This document shows, piece by piece, positions 9,957 to 19,178 of a stretch of 64,000 nucleotides of DNA (position 1 is the first letter of the stretch; each line of letters opens with the position of its first letter). A program made the translations under genes and the position numbers. The notes beneath the pieces were generated by a model. The model had not been told where the DNA came from, did not search any database, and saw only the letters and a program-made list of their open reading frames with translations. The stretch comes from Chitinophagaceae bacterium (lineage in GTDB: Bacteria > Bacteroidota > Bacteroidia > Chitinophagales > Chitinophagaceae). Location: positions 127,055 through 191,054 of the forward strand of contig JAMLHK010000009.1 in the NCBI GenBank assembly GCA_023957155.1. Reading direction: 5' to 3'.

Positions 9957-10307
9957 TTAATTTCCCTGGTCTTCCGGCTTTTTACAGCAGGTAGGCAGTT
10001 TCTTATAAGAATCCGGGTTTGCTTTTACATCACCCGCATCATAGCCTGCATTAGCAATCCCTGTCTTAACATTTTCAATATTGGTTTTATCGGGGAGGAA
10101 GGTTACTGTTGTTTCCTTACGCTTATAATTTACATTCACTTTAGTAATGCCTTCTTCCCGTTTCATATAGTTTTCTATATTCTTTTTACATTGCTCACAT
10201 TGCACGGTAGGTGTAACCACTTTAACCGTCACGGGCTTTTTGGCCTGGGCACCAGCCGTCCATGCTATACCGGAAATCAATGCAACAAGCAACACGATCT
10301 TTTTCAT
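9957..10307 (-). CDS. Periplasmic heavy-metal-associated (HMA) domain protein
   Basis: Signal peptide MKKIVLL...AQA, CEQC (CxxC) motif and C-terminal LPTCCK. Confidence 0.85.
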   Translation of the reverse strand: MKKIVLLVALISGIAWTAGAQAKKPVTVKVVTPTVQCEQCKKNIENYMKREEGITKVNVNYKRKETTVTFLPDKTNIENVKTGIANAGYDAGDVKANPDSYKKLPTCCKKPEDQGN

Positions 10308-10385
10308 AATAATGATTTTAAGAAACGGGAAGTTATACATACCCCGGTTATTGGCGAAAAGATAATTGTTAATTATAAAAAAATA

Positions 10386-11015
10386 TTAGCCTTCCCATAT
10401 CGCCGGATCTTTTCGCCAGCGTAAGAGCGTATCTTCTTCCGCAGAACCGATTATCCCCTTTTCCAGCGCAAGCGTAATCAGTGTTTGATAATTGGTTAAA
10501 GACTTAAGCTCCACCCCTGCTTCTTTAAACGCATCGGCAGCCGCATCAAAGCCGTAATTAAAAATGGCAACCATCCCCTCCACCTGTAGTCCCTCTGCTT
10601 TAAGCACATCGCAAACCTGCAGGCTGCTTCTCCCGGTAGAGATCAGATCCTCCATAACGACTACTTTTTTTCCCGGCTCAAAATAACCCTCAATCTGATT
10701 CCCCAGCCCATGGTCTTTAGGCTTGGGACGGACATAGATAAAAGGCAGCTTTAGCTGATCGGCAGCCATAGCACCCCAGGCAATACCCGCCGTAGCCACA
10801 CCGGCCAACATATCCGCATCCGGGAAACGTTCGAAAATAACATTACAAAGTTCCGATTTAATAAAGTCACGGATATAGGGAAAAGATAAGGTTTTGCGAT
10901 TATCACAATAAATAGGGCTTTTCCAGCCCGATGCCCATGTAAAAGGTTGTTGCGGATTCAACCGGATAGCGTTAATTTGTAAAAGCTTTTCAGCTACAGC
11001 TTTTTCATTCGTCAT
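10386..11015 (-). CDS. pyrE: Orotate phosphoribosyltransferase
   Basis: WASGWKSPIYCDNR and PRPP motif VVMEDLISTG. Start set at MTNEKAV. Confidence 0.95.
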   Translation of the reverse strand: MTNEKAVAEKLLQINAIRLNPQQPFTWASGWKSPIYCDNRKTLSFPYIRDFIKSELCNVIFERFPDADMLAGVATAGIAWGAMAADQLKLPFIYVRPKPKDHGLGNQIEGYFEPGKKVVVMEDLISTGRSSLQVCDVLKAEGLQVEGMVAIFNYGFDAAADAFKEAGVELKSLTNYQTLITLALEKGIIGSAEEDTLLRWRKDPAIWEG

Positions 11016-11042
11016 GGCGCGAAAATAGTAAAATTGAATGGT

Positions 11043-11675
11043 ATGATTTTGAAAATATACTTCGGCGATAACCCCGTTTTTATTTGTGACGAGATTCCCC
11101 CTGTCATAGCAAAATACAAGCGTCATCCCGATACGGTTTTTATTGACGATATGACGCATCACGGCATCAAAACCCTCCTGCATGAAATTGCTAAACCGGT
11201 ATTTCATGCGGGCATCCTTTATACTACCGATATGGAACAGTCAAAAAAACTATTCCGCAAACATTTTACGGTGATACAGGCTGCCGGGGGACTGATAGAA
11301 AATGAAAAAGGAGATATCCTGATGATTTACCGGAGAGGGAAATGGGATCTGCCAAAAGGGAAATTAGAAGAAGAAACACCCGAAGAAGGCGCTGTCAGAG
11401 AGGTAAAAGAAGAAACAGGACTAACAGAAGTGCAACCCGGAGCTTTTATACTCACCACTTATCACACCTATACGGAATTTGGCAAACAGATCTTAAAAGA
11501 AACCTTTTGGTACCGGATGAAAGCCAGCTCGGCACAGACTGTAAAACCGCAAACAGAAGAGGATATCCTTCACGTGGAGTGGGTAAAGCCCGCAGCGCTT
11601 AATGAAAAATTAAACAATACCTACCCCTCTATAAAAGATGTAATGGAAACGGTACTCCGTCAGCCCGAAGGTTGA
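11043..11675 (+). CDS. NUDIX hydrolase
   Basis: WDLPKGK...GAVREVKEETG Nudix box. Divergent from pyrE. Confidence 0.92.
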   Translation: MILKIYFGDNPVFICDEIPPVIAKYKRHPDTVFIDDMTHHGIKTLLHEIAKPVFHAGILYTTDMEQSKKLFRKHFTVIQAAGGLIENEKGDILMIYRRGKWDLPKGKLEEETPEEGAVREVKEETGLTEVQPGAFILTTYHTYTEFGKQILKETFWYRMKASSAQTVKPQTEEDILHVEWVKPAALNEKLNNTYPSIKDVMETVLRQPEG

Positions 11676-11683
11676 GCTGATAT

Positions 11684-12130
11684 TTATTTAACCGGCATAT
11701 CCCTCCCTTTTAATATAGCCACAGTAATCCGGCTCACGCAGAGCAGTTTTTCCTTTTCATCATATATTTTAATATCCCACACATGGGTGGAGGCCCCTAA
11801 ATGCAACGGCATAGCAATACCGGTAACCCGGCCCTGTCTGGCGCTCCGTATATGATTGGCATTAATTTCAAGTCCCACACAAATAAATACGCTCATATCT
11901 ATAACCAGGGCAGAAGCCACACTACCGAGGGTTTCTGCCAATGCAACCGATGCGCCGCCATGTAATAACCCGTAAGGCTGGCAGGTGCGGTGATCAACCG
12001 GCATAGTGGCTTTTATATAATTATCTCCTATTTCACTAAACTCAATCCCAATATGCTCCCCCATAGTCCCTGCACTCATCGTCTGCAGATCCCGGATAGT
12101 AGTTGCTTTATTAAACCAGATACTCGACAT
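11684..12130 (-). CDS. Hotdog-fold thioesterase (PaaI/MenI-like)
   Basis: QPYGLLHGGASVALAET and GLEINANH motifs. Confidence 0.92.
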   Translation of the reverse strand: MSSIWFNKATTIRDLQTMSAGTMGEHIGIEFSEIGDNYIKATMPVDHRTCQPYGLLHGGASVALAETLGSVASALVIDMSVFICVGLEINANHIRSARQGRVTGIAMPLHLGASTHVWDIKIYDEKEKLLCVSRITVAILKGRDMPVK

Positions 12131-12382
12131 GACCGGTACGATTTATTTTAAATAAGTTCAAACTTAACTAAATTAACATAAATCAGTACAAAACTCCGTT
12201 TATGAAAATACAGGTATTAAAATCGTATGCACATTGAAATATTTATTCGTAATATTGGGTATGATTTGGTGAAAGTGGACTCTGGAAAAGATCATGCCTG
12301 CAAATATCATTTTGTAGCTGCGGAAAAACAGACAAATACCTGAAATACTTATTTCACAGTTTTTAAAATTCAGAATATTATC

Positions 12383-14122
12383 ATGGGGAAATTTCAGATT
12401 AAAAAATCTTCCACTGTTCATGATGTAGTCGTTATCGGCTCTGGTGCAGGAGGAGGAATGGCAGGACATTTTTTAGCGAATGCCGGTATAAAAGTACTGA
12501 TGCTGGAAGCGGGTCCTTTCTTTGACCCGGCAAAAGATTCACAGCAGTTCAAATGGCCATGGGAGTCACCCCGGCGTGGTGCATCTTCGGTACGGCCCTT
12601 TGGCGATTTTGACGCGGCCTTCGGGGGATGGGAAATTGACGGTGAGCCCTACACGAGAAAAAATAATACTGAATTTGAGTGGTTCCGTTCCCGCATGCTC
12701 GGCGGAAAAACCAACCACTGGGGAAGGATTTCATTGCGTATGGGGCCTGATGATTTTCAGCCCAAAGACGGATTAACCGAACGTTGGCCTTTTGGTTATG
12801 ACGAGTTAAAACCCTATTATGACAGAGTTGACCGTTTAATAGGTATTTACGGGTCTGTAGAAGGTATAGAAAATGAACCGGATGGAATATTCATGACTCC
12901 TCCCAAACCACGTCTTCATGAATTATTTATAAAGAAGGCTGCAGCAAAAGTTGGAGTACCTGTTATTCCGGGAAGAGGTTCGGTAATGACGGAAGCCATT
13001 CCGGGAAATGATGACCGTAAGCCTTGTTATTATTGCGGCCAGTGTAACCGGAGTTGTAAGACGTATGGTGATTTTTCTGCTTCTTCCTGCCTGGTTATTC
13101 CTGCCATGAAAACAGGTAATTTGGAAGTAATTACCAATGCCATGGTGAGAGAGATTATAACAGACAAAGACGGCCAGGCTACCGGAGTTTCTTATATCAA
13201 CAGAGAAGATATGCAGGAATACCAGGTGAGTGCAAAAGTGGTGGTACTGGGTGCCAGCGCCTGCGAATCTGCCAGGATACTGCTCAACTCCAGAAGCTCA
13301 GCTCATCCTAATGGGCTGGCAAACAGCAGTAACGTTGTAGGAAAATATTTACACGATTCAACCGGCGCCAGTTTATCCGGTTTTGTTCCGGAACTAATGG
13401 ATAGGAAACGCTATAATGAAGATGGTTTAGGCAGCATCCACATTTACTCACCCTGGTGGGGAGATCATAAGAAACTGGATTTTCCCCGCGGATACCATAT
13501 TGAATATGGTGGCGGTATGAGAATGCCTTCTTATGGTTTTGAATCGGGAATACATAAGAAAAATGGTTTGGTGCCGGGAAGAGACGGACAGCCTAAGAAA
13601 GCCGGAGGATTTGGTGCGGAACTGAAAGATGATTACCGCCGCTTTTTCGGAACCCGTGTGGGAATGGCCGGAAGAGGCACAGCAATTGCCCGGAAAGAAA
13701 ACTATTGTGAAATAGATCCGAACGTGGTAGACAAGTTTGGTATACCGGTGCTTCGTTTCCATTACACCTGGGATAAAGATGAAGTAAGACAGGCAAAACA
13801 TATGCAGGATACCTTTCAGGAACTTCTGCACCAGATGGGGGCTATCATATCAAAAGAAGATCTTCACGGACCGGAGGATAGTTACGGACTGGAAGCTCCC
13901 GGCAGAATTATACATGAAGTAGGAACCATCAGAATGGGAGATGATCCTAAAAAATCAGCACTTAACAAATGGTGTCAGTCGCACGAATGTAAAAACCTCT
14001 TCGTTGTGGATGCAGCGCCTTTTGTTCAACAGGGGGATAAAAATGCCACCTGGACGATTTTAGCATTATCTATGCGTACTGCAGAGTATATCCTGGATCA
14101 AAGAAAGAAGCAAAATATTTAA
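12383..14122 (+). CDS. GMC oxidoreductase, FAD subunit (glycoside 3-dehydrogenase-like)
   Basis: GSGAGGG FAD motif, CYYCGQCNRSC Fe-S motif, IIHEVGT. Confidence 0.9.
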   Translation: MGKFQIKKSSTVHDVVVIGSGAGGGMAGHFLANAGIKVLMLEAGPFFDPAKDSQQFKWPWESPRRGASSVRPFGDFDAAFGGWEIDGEPYTRKNNTEFEWFRSRMLGGKTNHWGRISLRMGPDDFQPKDGLTERWPFGYDELKPYYDRVDRLIGIYGSVEGIENEPDGIFMTPPKPRLHELFIKKAAAKVGVPVIPGRGSVMTEAIPGNDDRKPCYYCGQCNRSCKTYGDFSASSCLVIPAMKTGNLEVITNAMVREIITDKDGQATGVSYINREDMQEYQVSAKVVVLGASACESARILLNSRSSAHPNGLANSSNVVGKYLHDSTGASLSGFVPELMDRKRYNEDGLGSIHIYSPWWGDHKKLDFPRGYHIEYGGGMRMPSYGFESGIHKKNGLVPGRDGQPKKAGGFGAELKDDYRRFFGTRVGMAGRGTAIARKENYCEIDPNVVDKFGIPVLRFHYTWDKDEVRQAKHMQDTFQELLHQMGAIISKEDLHGPEDSYGLEAPGRIIHEVGTIRMGDDPKKSALNKWCQSHECKNLFVVDAAPFVQQGDKNATWTILALSMRTAEYILDQRKKQNI

Positions 14123-14144
14123 TACCTCTTAATCTATTCATATT

Positions 14145-14774
14145 ATGAACAGACGCGAATCGCTCAAAGCATTAGGTTTAACTGCAGTATCCACAGGCGT
14201 TCTGCTGGAGGCCTGTAATACAGAGGATAAAAAAAATGCAAAAGGCCCGGTAACGCCTTCCGCTACCGATAATGCGGGAAGAGAACCGTTTGAAGTAGAG
14301 CGCAATAAAAAATTAAACGCAGAACGATTTTTCACCGAACATGAATTGGCTACCATTACAGTACTGGTGGATATCATAATTCCTAAAGATGATAAATCCG
14401 GCAGCGCTTCCGATGCCGGTGTACCCGAATTCATCGAGTTTATTGTTAAGGATATCCCTTCCCATCAAACACCAATACGCGGGGGATTGAGATGGCTCGA
14501 TTCCCAATGTTTGAGCCGCTATGAAGCAGTATTTAAAGACGCAGGCAAAGAACAGCAATTGGAAATGGTAAATGATATCGCATGGCCGCAGGACGTGAAA
14601 CCGGGAATGGAGCAGGGTGTAGCTTTCTTCAACCGTATGCGCGATCTTACCGCTTCCGGATTTTTTACCAGCGAGATAGGATTCAAAGATTTGGGATATG
14701 TGGGTAACACGCCCAATAGATGGTCCGGTGTTCCGGAAGACGTGTTGAAGCAGTACGGGATGGAGAATGTATAA
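14145..14774 (+). CDS. Gluconate 2-dehydrogenase subunit 3 family (Tat hitch-hiker subunit)
   Basis: MNRRESLK Tat signal with LEAC, IIPKDD...SASDAGVPEFI and GFFTSEIG motifs. Confidence 0.9.
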   Translation: MNRRESLKALGLTAVSTGVLLEACNTEDKKNAKGPVTPSATDNAGREPFEVERNKKLNAERFFTEHELATITVLVDIIIPKDDKSGSASDAGVPEFIEFIVKDIPSHQTPIRGGLRWLDSQCLSRYEAVFKDAGKEQQLEMVNDIAWPQDVKPGMEQGVAFFNRMRDLTASGFFTSEIGFKDLGYVGNTPNRWSGVPEDVLKQYGMENV

Positions 14775-14800
14775 GCGATTTCTCTTCGCTGAATAATTTA

Positions 14801-14857
14801 GAGGGTTTTTCAAAATATGCCGGACAGGCCCATTGTTTTGAAAAGCCCTTTCTTATT
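14801..14857 (+). terminator. Rho-independent terminator of the GMC operon
   Basis: AGGGTTTTTCAAAATA / TGTTTTGAAAAGCCCT long stem followed by a T-rich tail. Confidence 0.65.
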
Positions 14858-14882
14858 GCCCGTAACACATCAAACATACCAT

Positions 14883-15024
14883 AATACGTCTGTTAACCCG
14901 ACAAGAAGTATCAGCCAGGCCTTATTTGTTGGTGACCGGGCGTTATCCCGGCTTTGGTTGTTTATCCTGATTCCGATCACAGGTGCGGCACTGACAGGTC
15001 TACAAATACTTTAAGACAGAATAA
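14883..15024 (+). pseudogene. aqpZ: Aquaporin Z 3' remnant
   Basis: [17 protein letters not shown]...[14 protein letters not shown] matches the second NPA loop and last helix of AqpZ. The tail YKYFKTE* is in a shifted frame (15001-15024), and the 5' part of the gene is absent. Confidence 0.8.
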
Positions 15025-15045
15025 AGCCCGGCAGAAGTCATTTTT

Positions 15046-17091
15046 TTACAACGATACTTTAAAACCTCCGCCAAAATACTTCTTATTGTCAGGGGAGATG
15101 GGATACTTTGCCGAATCAATAAGGTTGCGGCTGCTGAGAAACAGTTCGCCGTCAAAGCGCCGGATATTGAGCCGGTAGGCAAAAAACAGGTTAGCCAGTT
15201 GAAACGCATTGTATTTTTCAATTACCAGATTCCACCCGTTCATGCTCCGTTCTTCATAGTTTAAAAGGTAAACCATATCCACACCCGCATAAAAGTTTTT
15301 ATACTGAACCCGGCTAACCAATCCTCCGGTATATGGCTGCTGTTTATACATCAGGAGACCATCATAAGAAGTAAGCCCGTCATACGCTGACGAATCCGAT
15401 AGAACATTTATAGATAACCCAACATTCCACTTAAACGCATCGGTACGCAAAATATCCGCTTCTATGCTGAGATGCTGTTGCTTTCTGGAATATTTTCCAT
15501 ACAACATGAGATTACCCAAAGCACTTTGTATTATTGCAGTTTGCCTTTGTTCGGCAAACAGGTAATTATAATTGATCCTGATCCGCTCATTTAAAACAGC
15601 CATGCTGCTCCCTCCCTGCCATTGCGTAGCGAACTTATTTACAGGCACGGGAATTGACGGAAAAGCTATAGCAAAGGCCTCGGGACCGATCGCCTCAGGT
15701 AAAACAAAGTTGTGATTGAAATCGCTTAACTGGAATATTCCGTCAAAACCCGAAAAGCGTTCAGCATACGATCCGAAAATCTTCCAGTCAAAATGCGTTC
15801 CGGATTGTAAGAGCCGTGCCAGGTTAACCGTACCGTTTACAAAAGGATAAGACCTGGTATTCTTATAATTAGAGTCAATGATTTTTGAACCATCCAGTAA
15901 CAGCCCTCCCTGTAGAATAAAGAGCGAGTTATAAGATAAAGCCAGGGAAGGGGTAGCGGTCAGCGCTTTCCCATATCTCACAAACTTTGAAAACGAATAT
16001 GATCCGAATATGGGATCCTGCTCATACGCACTGGCAGTAGCCATTGCCCTCTTATAAAACGCCTTCTGAAAATTAATATTTAAAGAAGGCTCTATCTGCC
16101 AGTTCCCGGCTTGTTTAATAAACGACAGGTTCTCATTGAACTGAATGATTTCAGCCCGCATGCTGTCTTTCCGCCGGTCATTGCGGATACGCTCATTGTC
16201 CCACTCAGTCCGGGTGTTACTGCTATCCAGTGTCCTGCCATTAGTGTAACTGAACGTGAATTTATTTAAAAAGCTCGCTACCCTTGTTTCCAGATTAATA
16301 TAAGGATTGATCAAATATTCCCTGTCTTTTTTGACGTCATCAATATTCTTATACTGCTGTATTTGATGCATGTGGCTTCTTTCTGTCTGCGGCACATAGT
16401 TGAAATGGGCCGACAGCGTATTGTTTTTGTTGATCACAAACCTGCCCCAGAGGTTGAGCTTTACCCGGTCAATACCCGGTATTTCTGCATCGTAGAGGGA
16501 ATCCTTCCTGTTCCTGCGCGGCAGCGCATCATGTGCAAAGCCCAGGGAGCCGCCATAATTGATACGTTGATTACCTCCCCGCACTGTAAGCGCATATTGC
16601 TGGAAATTACCTGAAAAAACATTTTCCGTTTGCCGGTCAGAAGCTGAGATATTTGTAACCACTTTACGGTACAATGCAGCACCCTTTGCTGAAAATGTAA
16701 CGGGCCTGCTCCCTTCCTCCCACTGCTTCGTTCTCACCAATGCCAGCAGTTGCAGGTTGCCTGCGCCGTTTTGGTTTACCAGCGCGTTGCGAACAATAGT
16801 GATCTCTTCGATATCCTGAATGTTGTATATGTCCGCATCGGTCACCGTAATGCCATCCACTACATATACCATCTGGTCTTTTTGCGTGAGCCCCCCGTTA
16901 GCCTGACTCCTGATCACTTCACTAAGGCTTAAAAAAGGCAGCCTGGCAATATCATCTGCCTTAATATGGGTAACCTGGGTAAATTCCTTTTTAAGCCGGA
17001 GCCGGCCTAAATCCAAATAACCTGAATCGGATTGAGCAAAAGCAAACTCTGTACATAGCAGGAAGGTAAAAACTGTCAGCAACGGTTTCAT
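15046..17091 (-). CDS. Divergent TonB-dependent receptor/SusC-like outer membrane protein
   Basis: Signal peptide MKPLLTV...AFA, plug-like YVVDGI...DIEEITIVRN, beta-barrel pattern and C-terminal FGGGFKVSL. Confidence 0.7.
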   Translation of the reverse strand: MKPLLTVFTFLLCTEFAFAQSDSGYLDLGRLRLKKEFTQVTHIKADDIARLPFLSLSEVIRSQANGGLTQKDQMVYVVDGITVTDADIYNIQDIEEITIVRNALVNQNGAGNLQLLALVRTKQWEEGSRPVTFSAKGAALYRKVVTNISASDRQTENVFSGNFQQYALTVRGGNQRINYGGSLGFAHDALPRRNRKDSLYDAEIPGIDRVKLNLWGRFVINKNNTLSAHFNYVPQTERSHMHQIQQYKNIDDVKKDREYLINPYINLETRVASFLNKFTFSYTNGRTLDSSNTRTEWDNERIRNDRRKDSMRAEIIQFNENLSFIKQAGNWQIEPSLNINFQKAFYKRAMATASAYEQDPIFGSYSFSKFVRYGKALTATPSLALSYNSLFILQGGLLLDGSKIIDSNYKNTRSYPFVNGTVNLARLLQSGTHFDWKIFGSYAERFSGFDGIFQLSDFNHNFVLPEAIGPEAFAIAFPSIPVPVNKFATQWQGGSSMAVLNERIRINYNYLFAEQRQTAIIQSALGNLMLYGKYSRKQQHLSIEADILRTDAFKWNVGLSINVLSDSSAYDGLTSYDGLLMYKQQPYTGGLVSRVQYKNFYAGVDMVYLLNYEERSMNGWNLVIEKYNAFQLANLFFAYRLNIRRFDGELFLSSRNLIDSAKYPISPDNKKYFGGGFKVSL

Positions 17092-17271
17092 AAAAAAAGG
17101 TTGAAATAAAATACAAATATATCCTTTTTGTTCAGGATATGTTCGTTGACAAAAACTAAAGCCAACTAATCCGTTACCATACCAAAAATTGAGTGATGTT
17201 AACAGGGAAGTGCAAAGAGAGGATTTATTCGTCAGCCAGTATAGCAGCAAAACCCATGTTACGTTCGTTTT

Positions 17272-17556
17272 TTAAGCAGTTATTGGATCTACTCTTATCT
17301 GTCCGCCAACAGCTTTTAATACTTTCATAATAGTCGAAAATTGCGGTTTAGCTCCGTCAGATAATGCTTTGTATAAACTTGGTCTGCTCATTCCTGTTTC
17401 TTCTGCTATTTTGGTCATACCAATTGCCTTTGCAATATGTCCTATTGCCGTTATAATTTCAGTATCATTTCCTTCTTCCAAAACAGCATTTAGATATTCG
17501 GCAATCATTTCGTTGCTGTCTAAATAGTCTGCTATATCAAACTTTGATTTTTCCAT
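17272..17556 (-). CDS. Addiction module antidote protein (HTH, HI1420/HigA-like)
   Basis: FDIADYL...GMTKIAEETGMSRPSLYKALSDGAKPQFSTI. Confidence 0.92.
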   Translation of the reverse strand: MEKSKFDIADYLDSNEMIAEYLNAVLEEGNDTEIITAIGHIAKAIGMTKIAEETGMSRPSLYKALSDGAKPQFSTIMKVLKAVGGQIRVDPITA

Positions 17557-17559
17557 TTT

Positions 17560-17858
17560 TTACTTCTTTAGTTGATCCCAAATTTCTTTTGCTTTTTCAA
17601 TGTCTTTCTGTTGAGTTGATTTGTCTCCACCAATCAGCAGAATAATAATCTTTCCGTCAGTTTCTTTGAAATAAATTCTGTAGCCTTTCACATAGTTGAT
17701 TTTCAATTCACTAATTCCGCTTCCAACCGGCTTGCAATCCCCGAAGTGTTCTTCCGTTTCTAATTTTTGAAGTCTGAACAAAATTTTTGCTTTTGCCCTC
17801 AGGTCATTCAGTTTTCTAAACCACTTATCAAATTCTGCCGTTTTTCAATAAAGTACAT
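17560..17858 (-). pseudogene. RelE/ParE-family addiction module killer toxin, frameshifted
   Basis: ATG at 17858 (MYFIEK) is out of frame with ...TAEFDKWFRKLNDLRAKAKILFRLQKLE...FGDCKPVG...GGDKSTQ. The A-run at 17841-17845 has 5 bases; 6 would join the frames. Confidence 0.78.
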
Positions 17859-17864
17859 TTCTAT

Positions 17865-17890
17865 TTTGTATCCATTTGGATACAAAGTTA
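17865..17890 (-). promoter_or_regulatory. TA operator palindrome overlapping the -7 box
   Basis: TTTGTATCCA-TT-TGGATACAAA (17865-17886) is a perfect 10 bp inverted repeat; TAACTTTG lies on the minus strand at 17883-17890. Confidence 0.75.
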
Positions 17891-18089
17891 ATAAAAAAGA
17901 ATTGAATAAACGGAAGTTGATTTTAAAAGTATGGTGTTTAGTAAAATGACGCACAACACCAGAATTAACACAACCCTGAGGATCAGCATGTTCGCAAAAA
18001 TTATGCTGCTTTTATTCATCGGGAATTCCTTCCTATCAATAAAGAAGATGTACGTATAAAACCAATTGCTTTGAAGACCTGTATTCAGG

Positions 18090-19178
18090 TTATACAATTT
18101 CCCGGAGCGACTTATCCAGGAAGTTAAATCCCCAGCCCGGGCGATCCTGGAGATACGCATAACCGTCTTTTACCGTAAGCGGATGATCAATGATCGTATC
18201 AATCCAGTCAAAAGACTCAATACCTTTCCCGTTAGGTATGGTGCATGTAAGCGTTATGTCATAGTCTTTATAATAATGTGGCAACACCGGGATATGATAA
18301 GCGTGGGCAAGAGCGGCGCTTTCTCTCCAGTCTTCCACGCCTCCGATACGAAGCAAATCCGGCTGCCAGATATCAATCGCTTTTCGCTGCAAAAGATTTT
18401 TTAAGCCAAGTAGATCGTATTCCCGTTCACCCATCGCCAAAGAAATACCGGTATGTTGTTTCAGACTTTTATAACCATCAAAATCCGTTCTGCCCAGAGG
18501 CTCCTCAAACCAATATATGTTTAATTCACGGGCTTCGCGAACTAATGCTATGGCCGATGCCAGATCCATGCCCTGGTTAGCGTCCATCATGATATCAATG
18601 TGATCTCCCACTTCCTGCCTTACGGCGCTTAATCTCCTGATGTCTTCTCTCCAGTCTGTTGACCCCACTTTTATTTTCACGGCTTTGAATCCGCGTTCTA
18701 CGTAAGAGGTTACTTCCTCCAAAAGTTCCTTAACTGAATAAGAGAGCCATCCTCCACTGCCATACATCATGATCTTCTCCCGGTATACTCCCCAGAGCTT
18801 CCATAAAGGCATACCCAGTGTTTTACCCCAAGCATCCCACATGGCTATATTAATGGCTGCCCCTGCCCACCTGTTTATCCCGCTGTTTCCAAAATATTCG
18901 GATTGCCTGTCCAGCACTTCTCTCACCCTGCCCGTTTCATAAGCCGGAATACCCGCTACAAGCGGTAATAAATCGGCGAAAGCGCCTCGTATGGCCCCCG
19001 GAGAATACTGGAAAGTCAGAAGATAAGATTCACCTATTATTCCATTCTCCAGCCGAAGTCTTAATACTAAAAACGAAATTTCAGTAAGCGTGTGAGTGGC
19101 ATCTGAAATATTTTTTCCCAGCTCAACCTTCGTTTCGTACAAATGATAATCTCTGATATTGGAAGACGATATTTTCAT
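18090..19178 (-). CDS. Mandelate racemase/muconate lactonizing enzyme family (acid-sugar dehydratase-like)
   Basis: KIKVG (KxK), MMDANQ, WFEEP, MGERE and LPHYY motifs. Confidence 0.9.
   Translation of the reverse strand: MKISSSNIRDYHLYETKVELGKNISDATHTLTEISFLVLRLRLENGIIGESYLLTFQYSPGAIRGAFADLLPLVAGIPAYETGRVREVLDRQSEYFGNSGINRWAGAAINIAMWDAWGKTLGMPLWKLWGVYREKIMMYGSGGWLSYSVKELLEEVTSYVERGFKAVKIKVGSTDWREDIRRLSAVRQEVGDHIDIMMDANQGMDLASAIALVREARELNIYWFEEPLGRTDFDGYKSLKQHTGISLAMGEREYDLLGLKNLLQRKAIDIWQPDLLRIGGVEDWRESAALAHAYHIPVLPHYYKDYDITLTCTIPNGKGIESFDWIDTIIDHPLTVKDGYAYLQDRPGWGFNFLDKSLREIV

Larger units (their letters stand above)
17258..17957 (-). mobile_element. Putative stranded integron-like gene cassette carrying the TA pair
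   Basis: AT-rich segment. Minus strand begins GTTGTGCGTCATTTT (17957-17943) and ends AAAAACGAACGTAAC right after the antitoxin stop; the two ends are imperfectly complementary. Confidence 0.45.

Noticed and set aside
14817-15014. 65 aa ORF as a real small protein
   Set aside because: Its start lies within a terminator hairpin and only its 3' part is aquaporin-derived.
17560-17781. 73 aa toxin ORF starting at TTG as a complete gene
   Set aside because: Toxin-like sequence continues upstream to an out-of-frame ATG at 17858, so it is treated as frameshifted.
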